Shown here one piece after another: positions 1-8,431 of a DNA stretch of 64,000 bases. The stretch's first letter is position 1. Each line of letters starts with the position of its first letter. Source of the DNA: a virus; IMG/VR virus record IMGVR_UViG_3300027798_000035, positions 1 through 64,000 of that record; one strand, 5' to 3'. The notes below the pieces were generated by a model. That model worked only from the letters and a program-made list of their open reading frames with translations. It had not been told where the DNA came from and did no database searches. Made by a program: the position numbers and the translations under genes.

Positions 1-31
1 TGGGGTTGGGGTTGGGGTTGGGGTTGGGGTT
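1..31. repeat. (TGGGGT)n hexamer repeat encoding (PQ)n on the minus strand
   Basis: tggggttggggttggggttggggttggggtt read directly; in frame with ORF 1..410. Confidence 0.9.
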
Positions 32-410
32 GTACTGGTGGGTTGGGATTAATTGGTTGATTTGGTTGTGGTGCTGGGTTATTAGGGAGACCAGCATTTG
101 GGGTTGATGCCCCAGTATAGCCATCGTCGTCTTGTTCTTCTTGCGGTGAGAAAAACCTAACATTTGCCAAGCGACTAAGACCTTTTCTTAATTGGTTAGT
201 TGCTTTAAACTCGGGCAAATTCATCTTTGAACCTGACCAGTCACGCTTTATACCTGAATCAACTGGTGTAAACGGTGGTCGGGTGGGAGCCTTGGGGAAT
301 TGGAGATTTCCCTCTTTAAAGGTTGGATTCAAACTGTAGTCACTCGTTGGAATGGAACCCTTCATTGTCCTGCTAAGGGCTTTTTCTATGTCACGGTCAA
401 AAGTGCTCAT
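1..410 (-). CDS. hypothetical protein, 3'-truncated by the window, Pro/Gln-rich C-terminal part
   Basis: Manually translated: ATG at 408-410 overlaps the TGA of 407..697 (ATGA). MSTFDRDIEKALSRTMKG... stays open to the window edge, ending in PQPQPQ. Confidence 0.7.
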   Translation of the reverse strand, partial: MSTFDRDIEKALSRTMKGSIPTSDYSLNPTFKEGNLQFPKAPTRPPFTPVDSGIKRDWSGSKMNLPEFKATNQLRKGLSRLANVRFFSPQEEQDDDGYTGASTPNAGLPNNPAPQPNQPINPNPPVQPQPQPQPQP

Positions 411-697
411 CCTAATGACTCCATTGAATAGCGCCCAGTGCCTGTCCATTCGCCTGAGGCGAGTTCTGTGCGTCTTACGGGCATGCCTGAGAGCCATGAG
501 CGGTTGCTCGCGGCGTATCGGTTAATAGACAGGATGTCGTTGATACCAGCGACCATCTTGATCATTCCTCGGGTCTCAGGGAATAGCATTTGTGGGTGTG
601 CAGGGCGAATGTTACGAATAGTTTCGGGGTCGCTAATCGCGGCTTCTAGAGCCTGATCAACGAGAAACTCTTCATGGGATTGCCAAGGTTTTGCCAT
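407..697 (-). CDS. hypothetical protein
   Basis: 96-aa ORF tightly packed with its neighbours; contains PQMLF. Confidence 0.7.
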   Translation of the reverse strand: MAKPWQSHEEFLVDQALEAAISDPETIRNIRPAHPQMLFPETRGMIKMVAGINDILSINRYAASNRSWLSGMPVRRTELASGEWTGTGRYSMESLG

Positions 698-702
698 AAA
701 AA

Positions 703-876
703 TTACTTGTTTTGGTTCTTCTTATTACTATCCCAGCGAATATTATCAAACCCAGCCCGTATGTCTTTGACTTGTTTCATAAAAATAGCGTCGGTGTCGT
801 TGTCTTCTCCAGCGATGCGACCATCGTGGTCATTTCTCCCTACCTTACGCTTTCGGCTTCTCGCTTGTCCGTCCAT
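703..876 (-). CDS. small protein with MDGQ-type leader (57 aa)
   Basis: Manually translated MDGQARSRKRKVGRNDHDGRIAGEDNDTDAIFMKQ...; AAGGAG RBS upstream; below the ORF-track cutoff. Confidence 0.7.
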   Translation of the reverse strand: MDGQARSRKRKVGRNDHDGRIAGEDNDTDAIFMKQVKDIRAGFDNIRWDSNKKNQNK

Positions 877-878
877 GG

Positions 879-1049
879 CTACTTCTCCTTAGTTTTAAGT
901 GTAGGTCTTTGCTTAGGTTGATTATTAAACTTATCATGTACAACGCCCTTGATGGCTTCGCCTACCGCTTTGAAATCATCACTAATTTGATCAGCGGGAG
1001 TTGGCTTGAGCCGTGGTCGTTGAAATTGTGGTCCGTTGAGTTGTGTCAT
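879..1049 (-). CDS. small hypothetical protein (56 aa)
   Basis: Manually translated MTQLNGPQFQRPRLKPTPADQISDDF...; ATGA overlap with the upstream gene. Confidence 0.65.
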   Translation of the reverse strand: MTQLNGPQFQRPRLKPTPADQISDDFKAVGEAIKGVVHDKFNNQPKQRPTLKTKEK

Positions 1050-1210
1050 GATTTACGCAAAGGTTGGTCTTCGTAACTCTCATCTTCGGTAAGTGGTGCT
1101 TCGTGAAGATCAAGACCCAATGGGTCAGTATCTTCATTTGCTTTTAACAGCCGTGCATAGTGTGAATTGCGATCTGTTTTTCGTGCTGGGTGTTGAGACT
1201 GAGAGTCCAT
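1046..1210 (-). CDS. small protein with MDSQS leader (54 aa)
   Basis: Manually translated MDSQSQHPARKTDRNSHYARLLKANEDTDPLG...; GAGGA RBS upstream. Confidence 0.7.
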   Translation of the reverse strand: MDSQSQHPARKTDRNSHYARLLKANEDTDPLGLDLHEAPLTEDESYEDQPLRKS

Positions 1211-1213
1211 AAT

Positions 1214-1393
1214 TTAATAATCCTCTTCCAAATCTCGTCGGTTTGACATTCTGTTCATAGCACTACGGCGTGTGTCGGGGTCCATATCGTCGTCCCAGTC
1301 ACCAGTACCATAGTACTCATCTTGCTTATCTAAGCGCGATTCATGCGAACTGCGGTCTGTCTTGCGCCTTGGGTTTAATGATTGTCCGTCCAT
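1214..1393 (-). CDS. small protein with MDGQS leader (59 aa)
   Basis: Manually translated MDGQSLNPRRKTDRSSHESRLDKQDEYYGTGDWDDD...; TGATG overlap with the upstream gene. Confidence 0.7.
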   Translation of the reverse strand: MDGQSLNPRRKTDRSSHESRLDKQDEYYGTGDWDDDMDPDTRRSAMNRMSNRRDLEEDY

Positions 1394-1626
1394 CAGTACA
1401 TATATCCTTGTTCGGGGAGGTTATTTCCTGCCTTAGATTCATCATGACCAGTACGGAAGTGCACTTGGCGTGGATTTAAAGAACGCTCGTCCCACTGCCG
1501 TGGTGCGTACTCGTCACCTGATGAATTATCGCGGTCGTTGGGAGTAGTGGGTGGCTTTTTACGACCACCACCGCTACCCATATTTCCACCAGCAAGTGGT
1601 TTTAGTTCTTTAACAACTTCCATCAC
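1393..1626 (-). CDS. hypothetical protein
   Basis: 77-aa ORF with overlapping start/stop on both sides; internal DERSLNPRQVHFRTGH. Confidence 0.6.
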   Translation of the reverse strand: MMEVVKELKPLAGGNMGSGGGRKKPPTTPNDRDNSSGDEYAPRQWDERSLNPRQVHFRTGHDESKAGNNLPEQGYMY

Positions 1627-1898
1627 TTACCGCAGTGGACGCACTTATCAGTCTTAGTGCTGGTCATTGGGTATGAAGGACCAGTCGGTTCCTGTGAGGT
1701 CATGTAGCCCTGCATAGCAATGGCTTCAGCCTGTGACTCAACGGGACCCCAAGCCTCATCATAGAGGTTGTCGCCTTGGTTGTAGTCATCGCCCATATAG
1801 GCTTGAGTACCACCCTGCGATGGTGCGGTTGCTGATGTACCCCATGCTTGTGATTGCTGGCGGTTACGGCGGTGAACGCTAGGGATTACTTTTGCCAT
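1623..1898 (-). CDS. hypothetical protein with C-terminal CxxC
   Basis: 91-aa ORF, AAGGAG RBS, ends KCVHCGK. Confidence 0.7.
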   Translation of the reverse strand: MAKVIPSVHRRNRQQSQAWGTSATAPSQGGTQAYMGDDYNQGDNLYDEAWGPVESQAEAIAMQGYMTSQEPTGPSYPMTSTKTDKCVHCGK

Positions 1899-1921
1899 GA
1901 TAATTACTCCTTAGGATGTGT

Positions 1922-2407
1922 TTACTTCCACATTGGTGCAAGTGATTTTAGCATGCTTCTTCGTTGCATATCTATAATCTGCTTGTCGGGGCGCTCTAAA
2001 CCACGCGGAATACCACGCGGTCCTGCCTTCCCGTCATTGGTTAATCGGACTGGTTCTGCTCCTGGGGGTGCGAACTTCTTACCCTGAGATTCAAGTTTTA
2101 TACCAGTTAAAAGGTTAAATTCGTCAGGCCAAATGTAATCCCCAGCGTTAATCCGCTCACCCTTGTGGACGCCGCGGGAGTACGCTCGCTGGTTGGAGCG
2201 AATAGCACTGGATAGTTTGTCTTGACGGCGATTACTAGACATGGTGCCGAGGTAGCCATCGGGGTATTGAGTATCAGGACCAACACCAAATGCGGAGATG
2301 CGTTGGTCTTTGGCGTTACGGAATACAGGCGTTGGACCCGTGCCTGAGACCATACCTGACTCAGGGCTAGATGATGGGGACTGCCAGTTGGCAAATGAGG
2401 TAGCCAC
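1922..2407 (-). CDS. hypothetical phage protein (possible virion protein)
   Basis: 161-aa ORF with YPDGYLGT...RRQDKL...YSRGVHKGERI motif, recalled from actinophage hypotheticals. Confidence 0.75.
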   Translation of the reverse strand: MATSFANWQSPSSSPESGMVSGTGPTPVFRNAKDQRISAFGVGPDTQYPDGYLGTMSSNRRQDKLSSAIRSNQRAYSRGVHKGERINAGDYIWPDEFNLLTGIKLESQGKKFAPPGAEPVRLTNDGKAGPRGIPRGLERPDKQIIDMQRRSMLKSLAPMWK

Positions 2408-2544
2408 TAGCCACCAAATCCTGGAGATGTACCAGTAAACATGCCACCTTGACCGCCACCGAAAGGTTCTACGGGGCGTGGCTTTTTAATTCCTCGCTTG
2501 ATGAACTCGTTGCGAGGGTCGGGTCGGTATGTTTTCTTTGCCAT
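2407..2544 (-). CDS. small hypothetical protein (45 aa)
   Basis: Manually translated MAKKTYRPDPRNEFIKRGIKKPRPVEPFGGGQGGMFTGTSPGFGG; overlaps neighbours by 1 nt. Confidence 0.6.
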   Translation of the reverse strand: MAKKTYRPDPRNEFIKRGIKKPRPVEPFGGGQGGMFTGTSPGFGG

Positions 2545-2705
2545 CAGTCGTAATCGTCCCATTCATAATCTTTAACTTTGGGTTTAACTTTGCTCTTATC
2601 TTTAGATGCTTTTCTTACATAGTAAAGATCGTCATCTTCATCATCAGTTGAGTATCCCAAATTGTCCAGCATGTCATCCCATGAGGGTGGGTCTAGCGGT
2701 GCCAT
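2544..2705 (-). CDS. small acidic/basic hypothetical protein (53 aa)
   Basis: Manually translated MAPLDPPSWDDMLDNLGYSTDDEDD...DYEWDDYD; TGATG overlap downstream. Confidence 0.6.
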   Translation of the reverse strand: MAPLDPPSWDDMLDNLGYSTDDEDDDLYYVRKASKDKSKVKPKVKDYEWDDYD

Positions 2706-2717
2706 ATTGTTAGCCTT

Positions 2718-3455
2718 TTACTTCTTTTTTCTACTCTTTTGTTGCTTTTTTTGGAATTGTTCCCACGGCATGGTTCCACCATCTTTGAGGTGTCTTGCGT
2801 GTGCATCTCGGTCAATATTTTCATATGCCTGTGTTTGTGTTGCGGTTGCTTCTACCTTGCGCTTGGCATGGTGTTCACGGTTCTCGGCTTGTTCTTCCTC
2901 GCGGGTCTTGGAGCGAGGTACTTCACCCTGAGTGACCGTCAGTGGGTCTGTCAATTCTTTTTGGCGCGTAGCCTGTGTCTGTGCGCGCTCTACCATTTCA
3001 GGGGTTGCCATAGACGGGTGACCTGCTGGAGCACGATAGATGGGTGCGCCAGTATCTTCCATCATTCGTCGGATTTCATCGGAATGACGGATCGCGCGTT
3101 CTGCGACTCGGGCGTCTTCCAAGCGACCGAGTGCTGGATCAAGGCGTTGGTTACCTAGCACACGACCGCTACGCGTAGTAACCCTGAAGTTCGGGATGCT
3201 CGTAGAAACAAAAGATGAAGGATTTTCGTCAATATTTGGTCGTGGGGTTGTTCCAGTACCAGTACCACTGGTTGAGCGTTGTCCTTCGCCCATACCTAAT
3301 TCAGACTCTTGTAAGCCCCCAGTATTACCAGCACCGACGCGACCTCTAGTGGGGTCCTGCTTATCGGGGTCGTGAGCACCTACTCCCCAAAATGATTGTG
3401 CGCGGCTAATGCGCGACATTGCTTCTTTATATGCTTTTGAGACATCATCAGCCAT
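2718..3455 (-). CDS. hypothetical hydrophilic protein with basic C-terminus
   Basis: 245-aa ORF, GAGAGG RBS, ends KKQQKSRKKK. Confidence 0.8.
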   Translation of the reverse strand: MADDVSKAYKEAMSRISRAQSFWGVGAHDPDKQDPTRGRVGAGNTGGLQESELGMGEGQRSTSGTGTGTTPRPNIDENPSSFVSTSIPNFRVTTRSGRVLGNQRLDPALGRLEDARVAERAIRHSDEIRRMMEDTGAPIYRAPAGHPSMATPEMVERAQTQATRQKELTDPLTVTQGEVPRSKTREEEQAENREHHAKRKVEATATQTQAYENIDRDAHARHLKDGGTMPWEQFQKKQQKSRKKK

Positions 3456-3457
3456 AA

Positions 3458-3787
3458 TTACCTCTCTACAGGTTTGAAGGACATAGCACTTATTGTAGTA
3501 CCATTTTCGCCTTCAATGTCATCAAAACCTATGACAAAGGTGAGGTCCACACCGCGTGGTGCAACGAAACCACGGGCAATAGCGCAAGCCTTGACGGCTT
3601 GGTTAACGGCTGATGCTCCGATAGCGCGAATCTTAGGTTGCTGTTTAGCGATAACTGCACGAGCAATAATTGAGCCGACGCTTTGGGGATTACTGCTACC
3701 TGACACTTTAATAATGTCCTCTAGCGGCGCATTTAGTTCTTGAGACATTTGTACTCCAATATAAAAGGGTTTGTTTAACCCTCCCAT
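3458..3787 (-). CDS. spoVS: SpoVS-family protein (likely start MSQELN at 3748)
   Basis: IKVSGSSNPQSVGSIIA...IRAIGASAVNQAVKACAIARGFVAPRGVDL...F...ISA matches the SpoVS consensus (LKVS..S.P..VAGA...IGAGAVNQAVKA.AIARGF.AP.G.DL). Confidence 0.9.
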   Translation of the reverse strand: MGGLNKPFYIGVQMSQELNAPLEDIIKVSGSSNPQSVGSIIARAVIAKQQPKIRAIGASAVNQAVKACAIARGFVAPRGVDLTFVIGFDDIEGENGTTISAMSFKPVER

Positions 3788-3788
3788 C

Positions 3789-4160
3789 TTAGAAGTAATT
3801 AGCCTCTTTAAGCAGTTCTATAAGGTCATCTAGGCGTAAGACAGCATAAGTATCACCTAGTGAATTAACTCCCTTATTTGGTCGTTTAACTACTAGAGCA
3901 GGAATTGCGTCACCCTTGTGTTTGGCTTGTTCTACCGTTGCGTCAAGCCATTGGCTGAGTTGGAACTGTCGTTGGTTCTTACATTGAACAATAGCATTTC
4001 TACCAGTTACTCGGTTTTTAATACCGTTGATATCCCCAGTATCAGCACCACCTTTTAACGGGGTGCGTTCTGCATCGGGAAAGCCATGCTCATTAAGGTA
4101 GTTCTTAATCATCGTCTCAAACGATGTGCCTTTTTGTTTAGATGGATTTGCCACCATCAA
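3789..4160 (-). CDS. Holliday junction resolvase (PD-(D/E)XK, actinophage type)
   Basis: NPSKQKGTSFE...AER...G..DTGDI...QCKN...W...ALVVKR motifs. Confidence 0.85.
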   Translation of the reverse strand: MMVANPSKQKGTSFETMIKNYLNEHGFPDAERTPLKGGADTGDINGIKNRVTGRNAIVQCKNQRQFQLSQWLDATVEQAKHKGDAIPALVVKRPNKGVNSLGDTYAVLRLDDLIELLKEANYF

Positions 4161-4366
4161 CCCTTTTTGAAAGCCTTGAGGATGTCATCAGTACTCTTGT
4201 TATCCCATTTGTACATTGATGCAATAATCTGAGCCAGTTTGTCACGGTCAGCCATAAGGGTCTCAATGAGATGGACCGCCTCAGCAAACTTAACAACATC
4301 ATAGGAAACCCCTGATGTTGTGCTGATCGTTTGTTTATTCTTGAGCCATTCGTAGATGTCACTCAT
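4157..4366 (-). CDS. hypothetical protein
   Basis: 69-aa ORF with 4-nt overlaps at both ends. Confidence 0.65.
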   Translation of the reverse strand: MSDIYEWLKNKQTISTTSGVSYDVVKFAEAVHLIETLMADRDKLAQIIASMYKWDNKSTDDILKAFKKG

Positions 4367-4863
4367 GGTGCGTACCTTGCCATTCTGTTGTCTTTACTAC
4401 CAAGACCGATGCGCCGTGATAGTTCGCGGGATAATAGTTGTGCGCCTCGCTCACAGGTATCAAACATAGTCTGTACTAGTTTACGATATGCGCGAGCAAC
4501 TTGGTATGCCTCCTGCTGGGCAACCACCACGGGGTCTACATCGCGTCGTGCTTTAGCCAAAGTTACTCGGTCAGCCTTGTCGGCTGAATTCCACTGGCTG
4601 ATCAGGACCATGGACTCAGACAGTCGGCATTTGTGTGACTGCTTGTCTTCGTCAATTTCAGCCTTAACTAACTCAGCCTGTGAGTACGAGACCCAACCCA
4701 TGAACTCTCTATAGAAGTTCATCAGATCGGCGTCTGACAACCCGTCTAGGTCCCTCGGTATCTCGGGTGGAGACTCCCCTGGTCTCGCTGGGAGGCTGAA
4801 CTTGTCCATGAACCTCTCCAATGGATCGTTGGACGGTACTGATCTGATTATCCGTGTCATCAT
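4363..4863 (-). CDS. helical coiled-coil protein, possible UvsY-like recombination mediator
   Basis: Predominantly helical, ends LSRELSRR, lies in the RecA/nuclease cluster. Function is inferred. Confidence 0.55.
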   Translation of the reverse strand: MMTRIIRSVPSNDPLERFMDKFSLPARPGESPPEIPRDLDGLSDADLMNFYREFMGWVSYSQAELVKAEIDEDKQSHKCRLSESMVLISQWNSADKADRVTLAKARRDVDPVVVAQQEAYQVARAYRKLVQTMFDTCERGAQLLSRELSRRIGLGSKDNRMARYAP

Positions 4864-5728
4864 CTTCTCCCCAGCATTTGTTTTTGTATGGGCATTTTTT
4901 GCATGTTGCGTTGTCTATTCCTGACGCCCACATTGGGCGCATAGGTGGTCTCTTGCCTTCAAGGTGTGCATTAACATCGTCGCACCCAGCAAGGATATTC
5001 TCAATAATCTCAGGTTGAAACTTGACATTGAATTCTTTGACATCCTGAGTGGGTTTCCATTCGTAGATGAATGCTAGTTCATGGATGCCCGTGCAAAACA
5101 TGTACATGTTTGCTTGGCGGAGGTGGGACGGGAAAGGCTTACGGATGCGGTTCCATAACTCATCTATGGTTATTTCACCCTTAGAGTAAGGTACGAATAA
5201 CTCAGGAGCCTCAAATCTAATAGTCCCAGTGCCGACACTCTTAATCTCAATCAAAAGTTGACCGTTTGCGTCTTCAACGATTCCGTCTGCATGACCCGTG
5301 ATGTTGTATTCCTCATTACGGATCGGGACTTCTGCGTAACGGATACTGTTAGAACCACAATTACATAATGAGAAGTCTTCTTCTGAGACAGTCCCACAGA
5401 CATTGCATTTGAATAGCCCCCGTAGAACTCCAGCGTTCCGTAACCATTGTTGCCACTTGTGGTGGATGGCGTTACCTTCAGCAAAGATGTTAAGGCGACC
5501 AAAGGTGAGTGTCTCGGCTGGCTTAGGGAAACCCTTAATCGCGTACCATGACGAGCGCGGGCACCAGTCCTTCTTGCAGATTTCGCTGGGGTGTAAGCCT
5601 AAGGTATCGCGCTTAGCCTGACCATTAGCATTTTCTAATGATGCCTGGACTCGGACAATCGGAACAATCCGACCAATTGACTTTGCATTTTCTTTGAACT
5701 GGTCTAATAACCATTTACTGCTACTCAT
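4709..5728 (-). CDS. Cas4-like PD-(D/E)XK exonuclease with Fe-S cluster cysteines
   Basis: LHPSEI...WCPR; GNAIH; ITGHADG; LIEIKS; HLRQ.NMYM; C-terminal CKKCPYKNKC. Confidence 0.88.
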   Translation of the reverse strand: MSSSKWLLDQFKENAKSIGRIVPIVRVQASLENANGQAKRDTLGLHPSEICKKDWCPRSSWYAIKGFPKPAETLTFGRLNIFAEGNAIHHKWQQWLRNAGVLRGLFKCNVCGTVSEEDFSLCNCGSNSIRYAEVPIRNEEYNITGHADGIVEDANGQLLIEIKSVGTGTIRFEAPELFVPYSKGEITIDELWNRIRKPFPSHLRQANMYMFCTGIHELAFIYEWKPTQDVKEFNVKFQPEIIENILAGCDDVNAHLEGKRPPMRPMWASGIDNATCKKCPYKNKCWGEDDDTDNQISTVQRSIGEVHGQVQPPSETRGVSTRDTEGPRRVVRRRSDELL

Positions 5729-6053
5729 TGATCATCTCCAAGAAATCGTCTTCGCGCAGGATGACATACCTCTTGCCACCTAAGTCAAATTGTAGAACTG
5801 GTGTTCGGTCTTCTTTGATAGCCACAGTTTCTAGATCACGGAGGTCCGTGAACTTGATTGAGTAAGACTTAAGGTTATCTGTAAACTTATTCTCAATAAG
5901 AAAATGTTCTGATCTGACATCATTCTTACGCAACCAACCCGATCCTGACCCAGCGTTACGACTCCCCTTATAGGCAGATGCTGTTCGGTCTTCTTGCTTG
6001 CGCGATTTCTTCTGAATGTATCGCTTTTCGCTACCATCTGAGCCGATGATCAT
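5721..6053 (-). CDS. second resolvase-like PD-(D/E)XK nuclease
   Basis: S.KQE.R.A...G.RN.GSG.GW.RK.DV....LIENKFT motif. Confidence 0.75.
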   Translation of the reverse strand: MIIGSDGSEKRYIQKKSRKQEDRTASAYKGSRNAGSGSGWLRKNDVRSEHFLIENKFTDNLKSYSIKFTDLRDLETVAIKEDRTPVLQFDLGGKRYVILREDDFLEMINE

Positions 6054-6544
6054 TTTCTTTTGTTTCGGGGGTTAAGCATTGAAGCGATGGTAGTGATGTT
6101 GTCAGTATGTTCTTTTGACCAATTATTATTGATGGCTTCTTGAATTGCGTTAAGTAACCGATCTTGAAGTTCGCGTTTTTTGGTGCTTTCTGTCTTTACA
6201 GGTTTGTCACATCGTTCTTCGGGTGCCCAGTCGCTGCGGTACTTACGGTGCACATACGGGTGGCATCCTTTTAATAGTTGATTTAAGGTAAAAACTTCCC
6301 CACAACCATGAAGGTTACTTAACGCTCCACTTATTTGTCCGTGGTGCAGTCCAAGTATTTCTCCACAGACATGCCAAGTCAAGCCATCTGCGCCTGCCTC
6401 GTCAAGTACCTGTAGGACTTGATTTTGCCGTTCGGTAAGTTTTCCTGAAGTAACTTCGTTTATGGCGCGATTCTTACTTGCGGGTCGGTTAACAAAGCCA
6501 CCAGTGCCATTGTAAATTGTGAATAAAGACAATTGGGTGCTCAC
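6050..6544 (-). CDS. winged-HTH DNA-binding protein with N-terminal QLSLF
   Basis: LTERQNQVLQVL...GLTWHVCGEILGLHHGQISGALSNL HTH-like segment. Confidence 0.65.
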   Translation of the reverse strand: MSTQLSLFTIYNGTGGFVNRPASKNRAINEVTSGKLTERQNQVLQVLDEAGADGLTWHVCGEILGLHHGQISGALSNLHGCGEVFTLNQLLKGCHPYVHRKYRSDWAPEERCDKPVKTESTKKRELQDRLLNAIQEAINNNWSKEHTDNITTIASMLNPRNKRK

Positions 6545-7554
6545 TTTACTGCAAAATGGTTTCGGGCAACTTCAGTAAGTGCGTTCCGAAGATCAAGGTC
6601 TTCACGGACTGACGCAAGGACAGCGTCCTTACCCTGCCACTTCTGACCATTGAATGAGTAGAACGCTCCAGCGCGTGTGATGGCGTTAATAGCAATGGCG
6701 ATGTTAACGATATCTTTTATGGTGTCAAACTCACCGAGTTTAAAACCGCTGATACTGCCGTCTGCAAAGTAGAAGTCAACTTGTGCTGTCTGTTGTGGTC
6801 GGTAAGTCTTATTCTTTAAAGTACGCGCTTTGATGACCTGACCAAAGGCTTCGTCCTTTTCCTTGATCCACTCATCTCGTTTAACTTCTACGCGAGTGAA
6901 GTAATGGTAGTTCTTAGCCTTACCCCCTGGTGTGGTTCGGGGGTCACCATACATAACACCAATCTTTTCGCGCCACTGGTTAATCATTAAACCCGTGCAA
7001 CCACGGTCAGTATTAACCATTGAACGCTTCTGAGCCTTGGCGCTCTTCTTCATAAACTTGCTGGTGAGCCGTGCACCGAGACCTACGGTGAACTCTTCCA
7101 TTGTCTTTTCGTTCTCATCATTAGGAATAAGTGCTGGGAATGAGTCAACCACAATGCAGTCCACGGCTCGGTTGTCTAGAGCCTTGGTAATTAGGTCGTA
7201 TGCCTGCTCCATGATGTTGGTCTCAACAATCCAAATACGCTCTAAGTCAATCCCAATTGCTTGGGCATACTCAGGAACGAACTCCTCAGCCGCAATCCAT
7301 AGGACAACCCACTCTGGGTCTAAGGCTTGGTTAGCCGCGATTGTCTTTAGAACAAGGGCAGTCTTACCTGAGGATTCATCTCCAATGATCTCAGACCATT
7401 GGTTGACAGGCCAACCGCCACCGAGCATGAGGTCAAATGCCAAGACTCCCGTAGTGATACGGGGAAGTTCTTTACGCATTTCTGAACCCTTGATGATGGT
7501 GTTGGCACCATGCTTCTTATTGATGATGTCTTTGATTGATTCAAAGGTATCCAT
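6541..7554 (-). CDS. recA: RecA/UvsX recombinase
   Basis: TTGVLAFDLMLGGGWP; Walker A GDESSGKT; IVVDS; INQWREKIGVMYGDPRTTPGGKA. Confidence 0.96.
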   Translation of the reverse strand: MDTFESIKDIINKKHGANTIIKGSEMRKELPRITTGVLAFDLMLGGGWPVNQWSEIIGDESSGKTALVLKTIAANQALDPEWVVLWIAAEEFVPEYAQAIGIDLERIWIVETNIMEQAYDLITKALDNRAVDCIVVDSFPALIPNDENEKTMEEFTVGLGARLTSKFMKKSAKAQKRSMVNTDRGCTGLMINQWREKIGVMYGDPRTTPGGKAKNYHYFTRVEVKRDEWIKEKDEAFGQVIKARTLKNKTYRPQQTAQVDFYFADGSISGFKLGEFDTIKDIVNIAIAINAITRAGAFYSFNGQKWQGKDAVLASVREDLDLRNALTEVARNHFAVK

Positions 7555-7569
7555 CTTGTTCTCCGATTG

Positions 7570-8028
7570 TTAGATAGACCAAGAAGATTGGTCTGCTTGT
7601 GAGTATTTACCATTCCATCCGCAACAGTAACAGCGGGGTGCAGGTGCATGACCATTGATCATTGCTTTTGATCGGCTGAATACTAGGTTACTTCCACATT
7701 CAGGGCAGTTATGCGTTTCACGGCGAGATGCTTCTCCGCCCTTCCATGAGCGTATTGCTTCACCCATGTTAATTTCACCGTTTGCGTCAACAGATGCTTG
7801 AACTTGTGATTGTGCCTGAGGTGCAGGTTGTTGAACCTGTGGAAACCTAATATTACTCGGACTAGATGGCATTGTAGATGGGGGCGTCCGAGGCGGGGGT
7901 GAGGGTTGATTACCTATTTTTCTTGACCACCAGTCACTCATCGTCTTCATCCTCTCGTTCTTCGTTGAAGTATGCGTCCCAGCCGTCATCCTCGTCGTCA
8001 TAGTCGTCGTCGGAATCAGCAGGGTCAA
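7570..8028 (-). CDS. Zn-ribbon protein (probable start MSDWW near 7940)
   Basis: CPECGS...RCYCCGW, with Pro/Gln-rich N-terminus. Confidence 0.7.
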   Translation of the reverse strand: MTLLIPTTTMTTRMTAGTHTSTKNERMKTMSDWWSRKIGNQPSPPPRTPPSTMPSSPSNIRFPQVQQPAPQAQSQVQASVDANGEINMGEAIRSWKGGEASRRETHNCPECGSNLVFSRSKAMINGHAPAPRCYCCGWNGKYSQADQSSWSI

Positions 8029-8431
8029 TTGAGAACATACTAATCACTGAGATCACCTGGCTGAGTGCATCGGGTGGAATAACTAGTGGGATTTCTCCAC
8101 ATATTTTAATATCTTGGTTATCTAAGAGCATGGTTATAAGTGAAACACCAAACGAGGTGAACAAGGCGACGGAAACAGCAACTTCCTTATCATCAAGACC
8201 ATTTTGCAACTGAATAATATGTGATACCCATTCAGAGCATTTCTGAATGTCATCAAGTAACCCAAGAGCCTTTAAGGTAACCCACTTTCCCATAACATCT
8301 GTGGTCTCCTGCTCCATGACTTCTTCCGAAGGGAGCGAAAACCCAGCCATCTCGGCAATTTCTTGACCGTCCTCTGGGGACATAGTCAGAAGGAATGTCC
8401 TATGGTTTAATGGCTCATACTCTTCGTTCAT
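7934..8431 (-). CDS. hypothetical protein with acidic C-terminal tail
   Basis: 165-aa ORF; ATGA overlap with polA. Confidence 0.75.
   Translation of the reverse strand: MNEEYEPLNHRTFLLTMSPEDGQEIAEMAGFSLPSEEVMEQETTDVMGKWVTLKALGLLDDIQKCSEWVSHIIQLQNGLDDKEVAVSVALFTSFGVSLITMLLDNQDIKICGEIPLVIPPDALSQVISVISMFSIDPADSDDDYDDEDDGWDAYFNEEREDEDDE

Noticed and set aside
1-31. (TTGGGG)n, identical to the Tetrahymena telomeric repeat and G-quadruplex-capable
   Set aside because: It is in frame as (PQ)n within a Pro/Gln/Asn-rich ORF that grades into it, and it lies at the edge only because of the window cut.
4709-5728. CRISPR-Cas system suggested by the Cas4-like gene
   Set aside because: No cas1/cas2 or effector genes and no repeat-spacer array seen; the context is RecA recombination.
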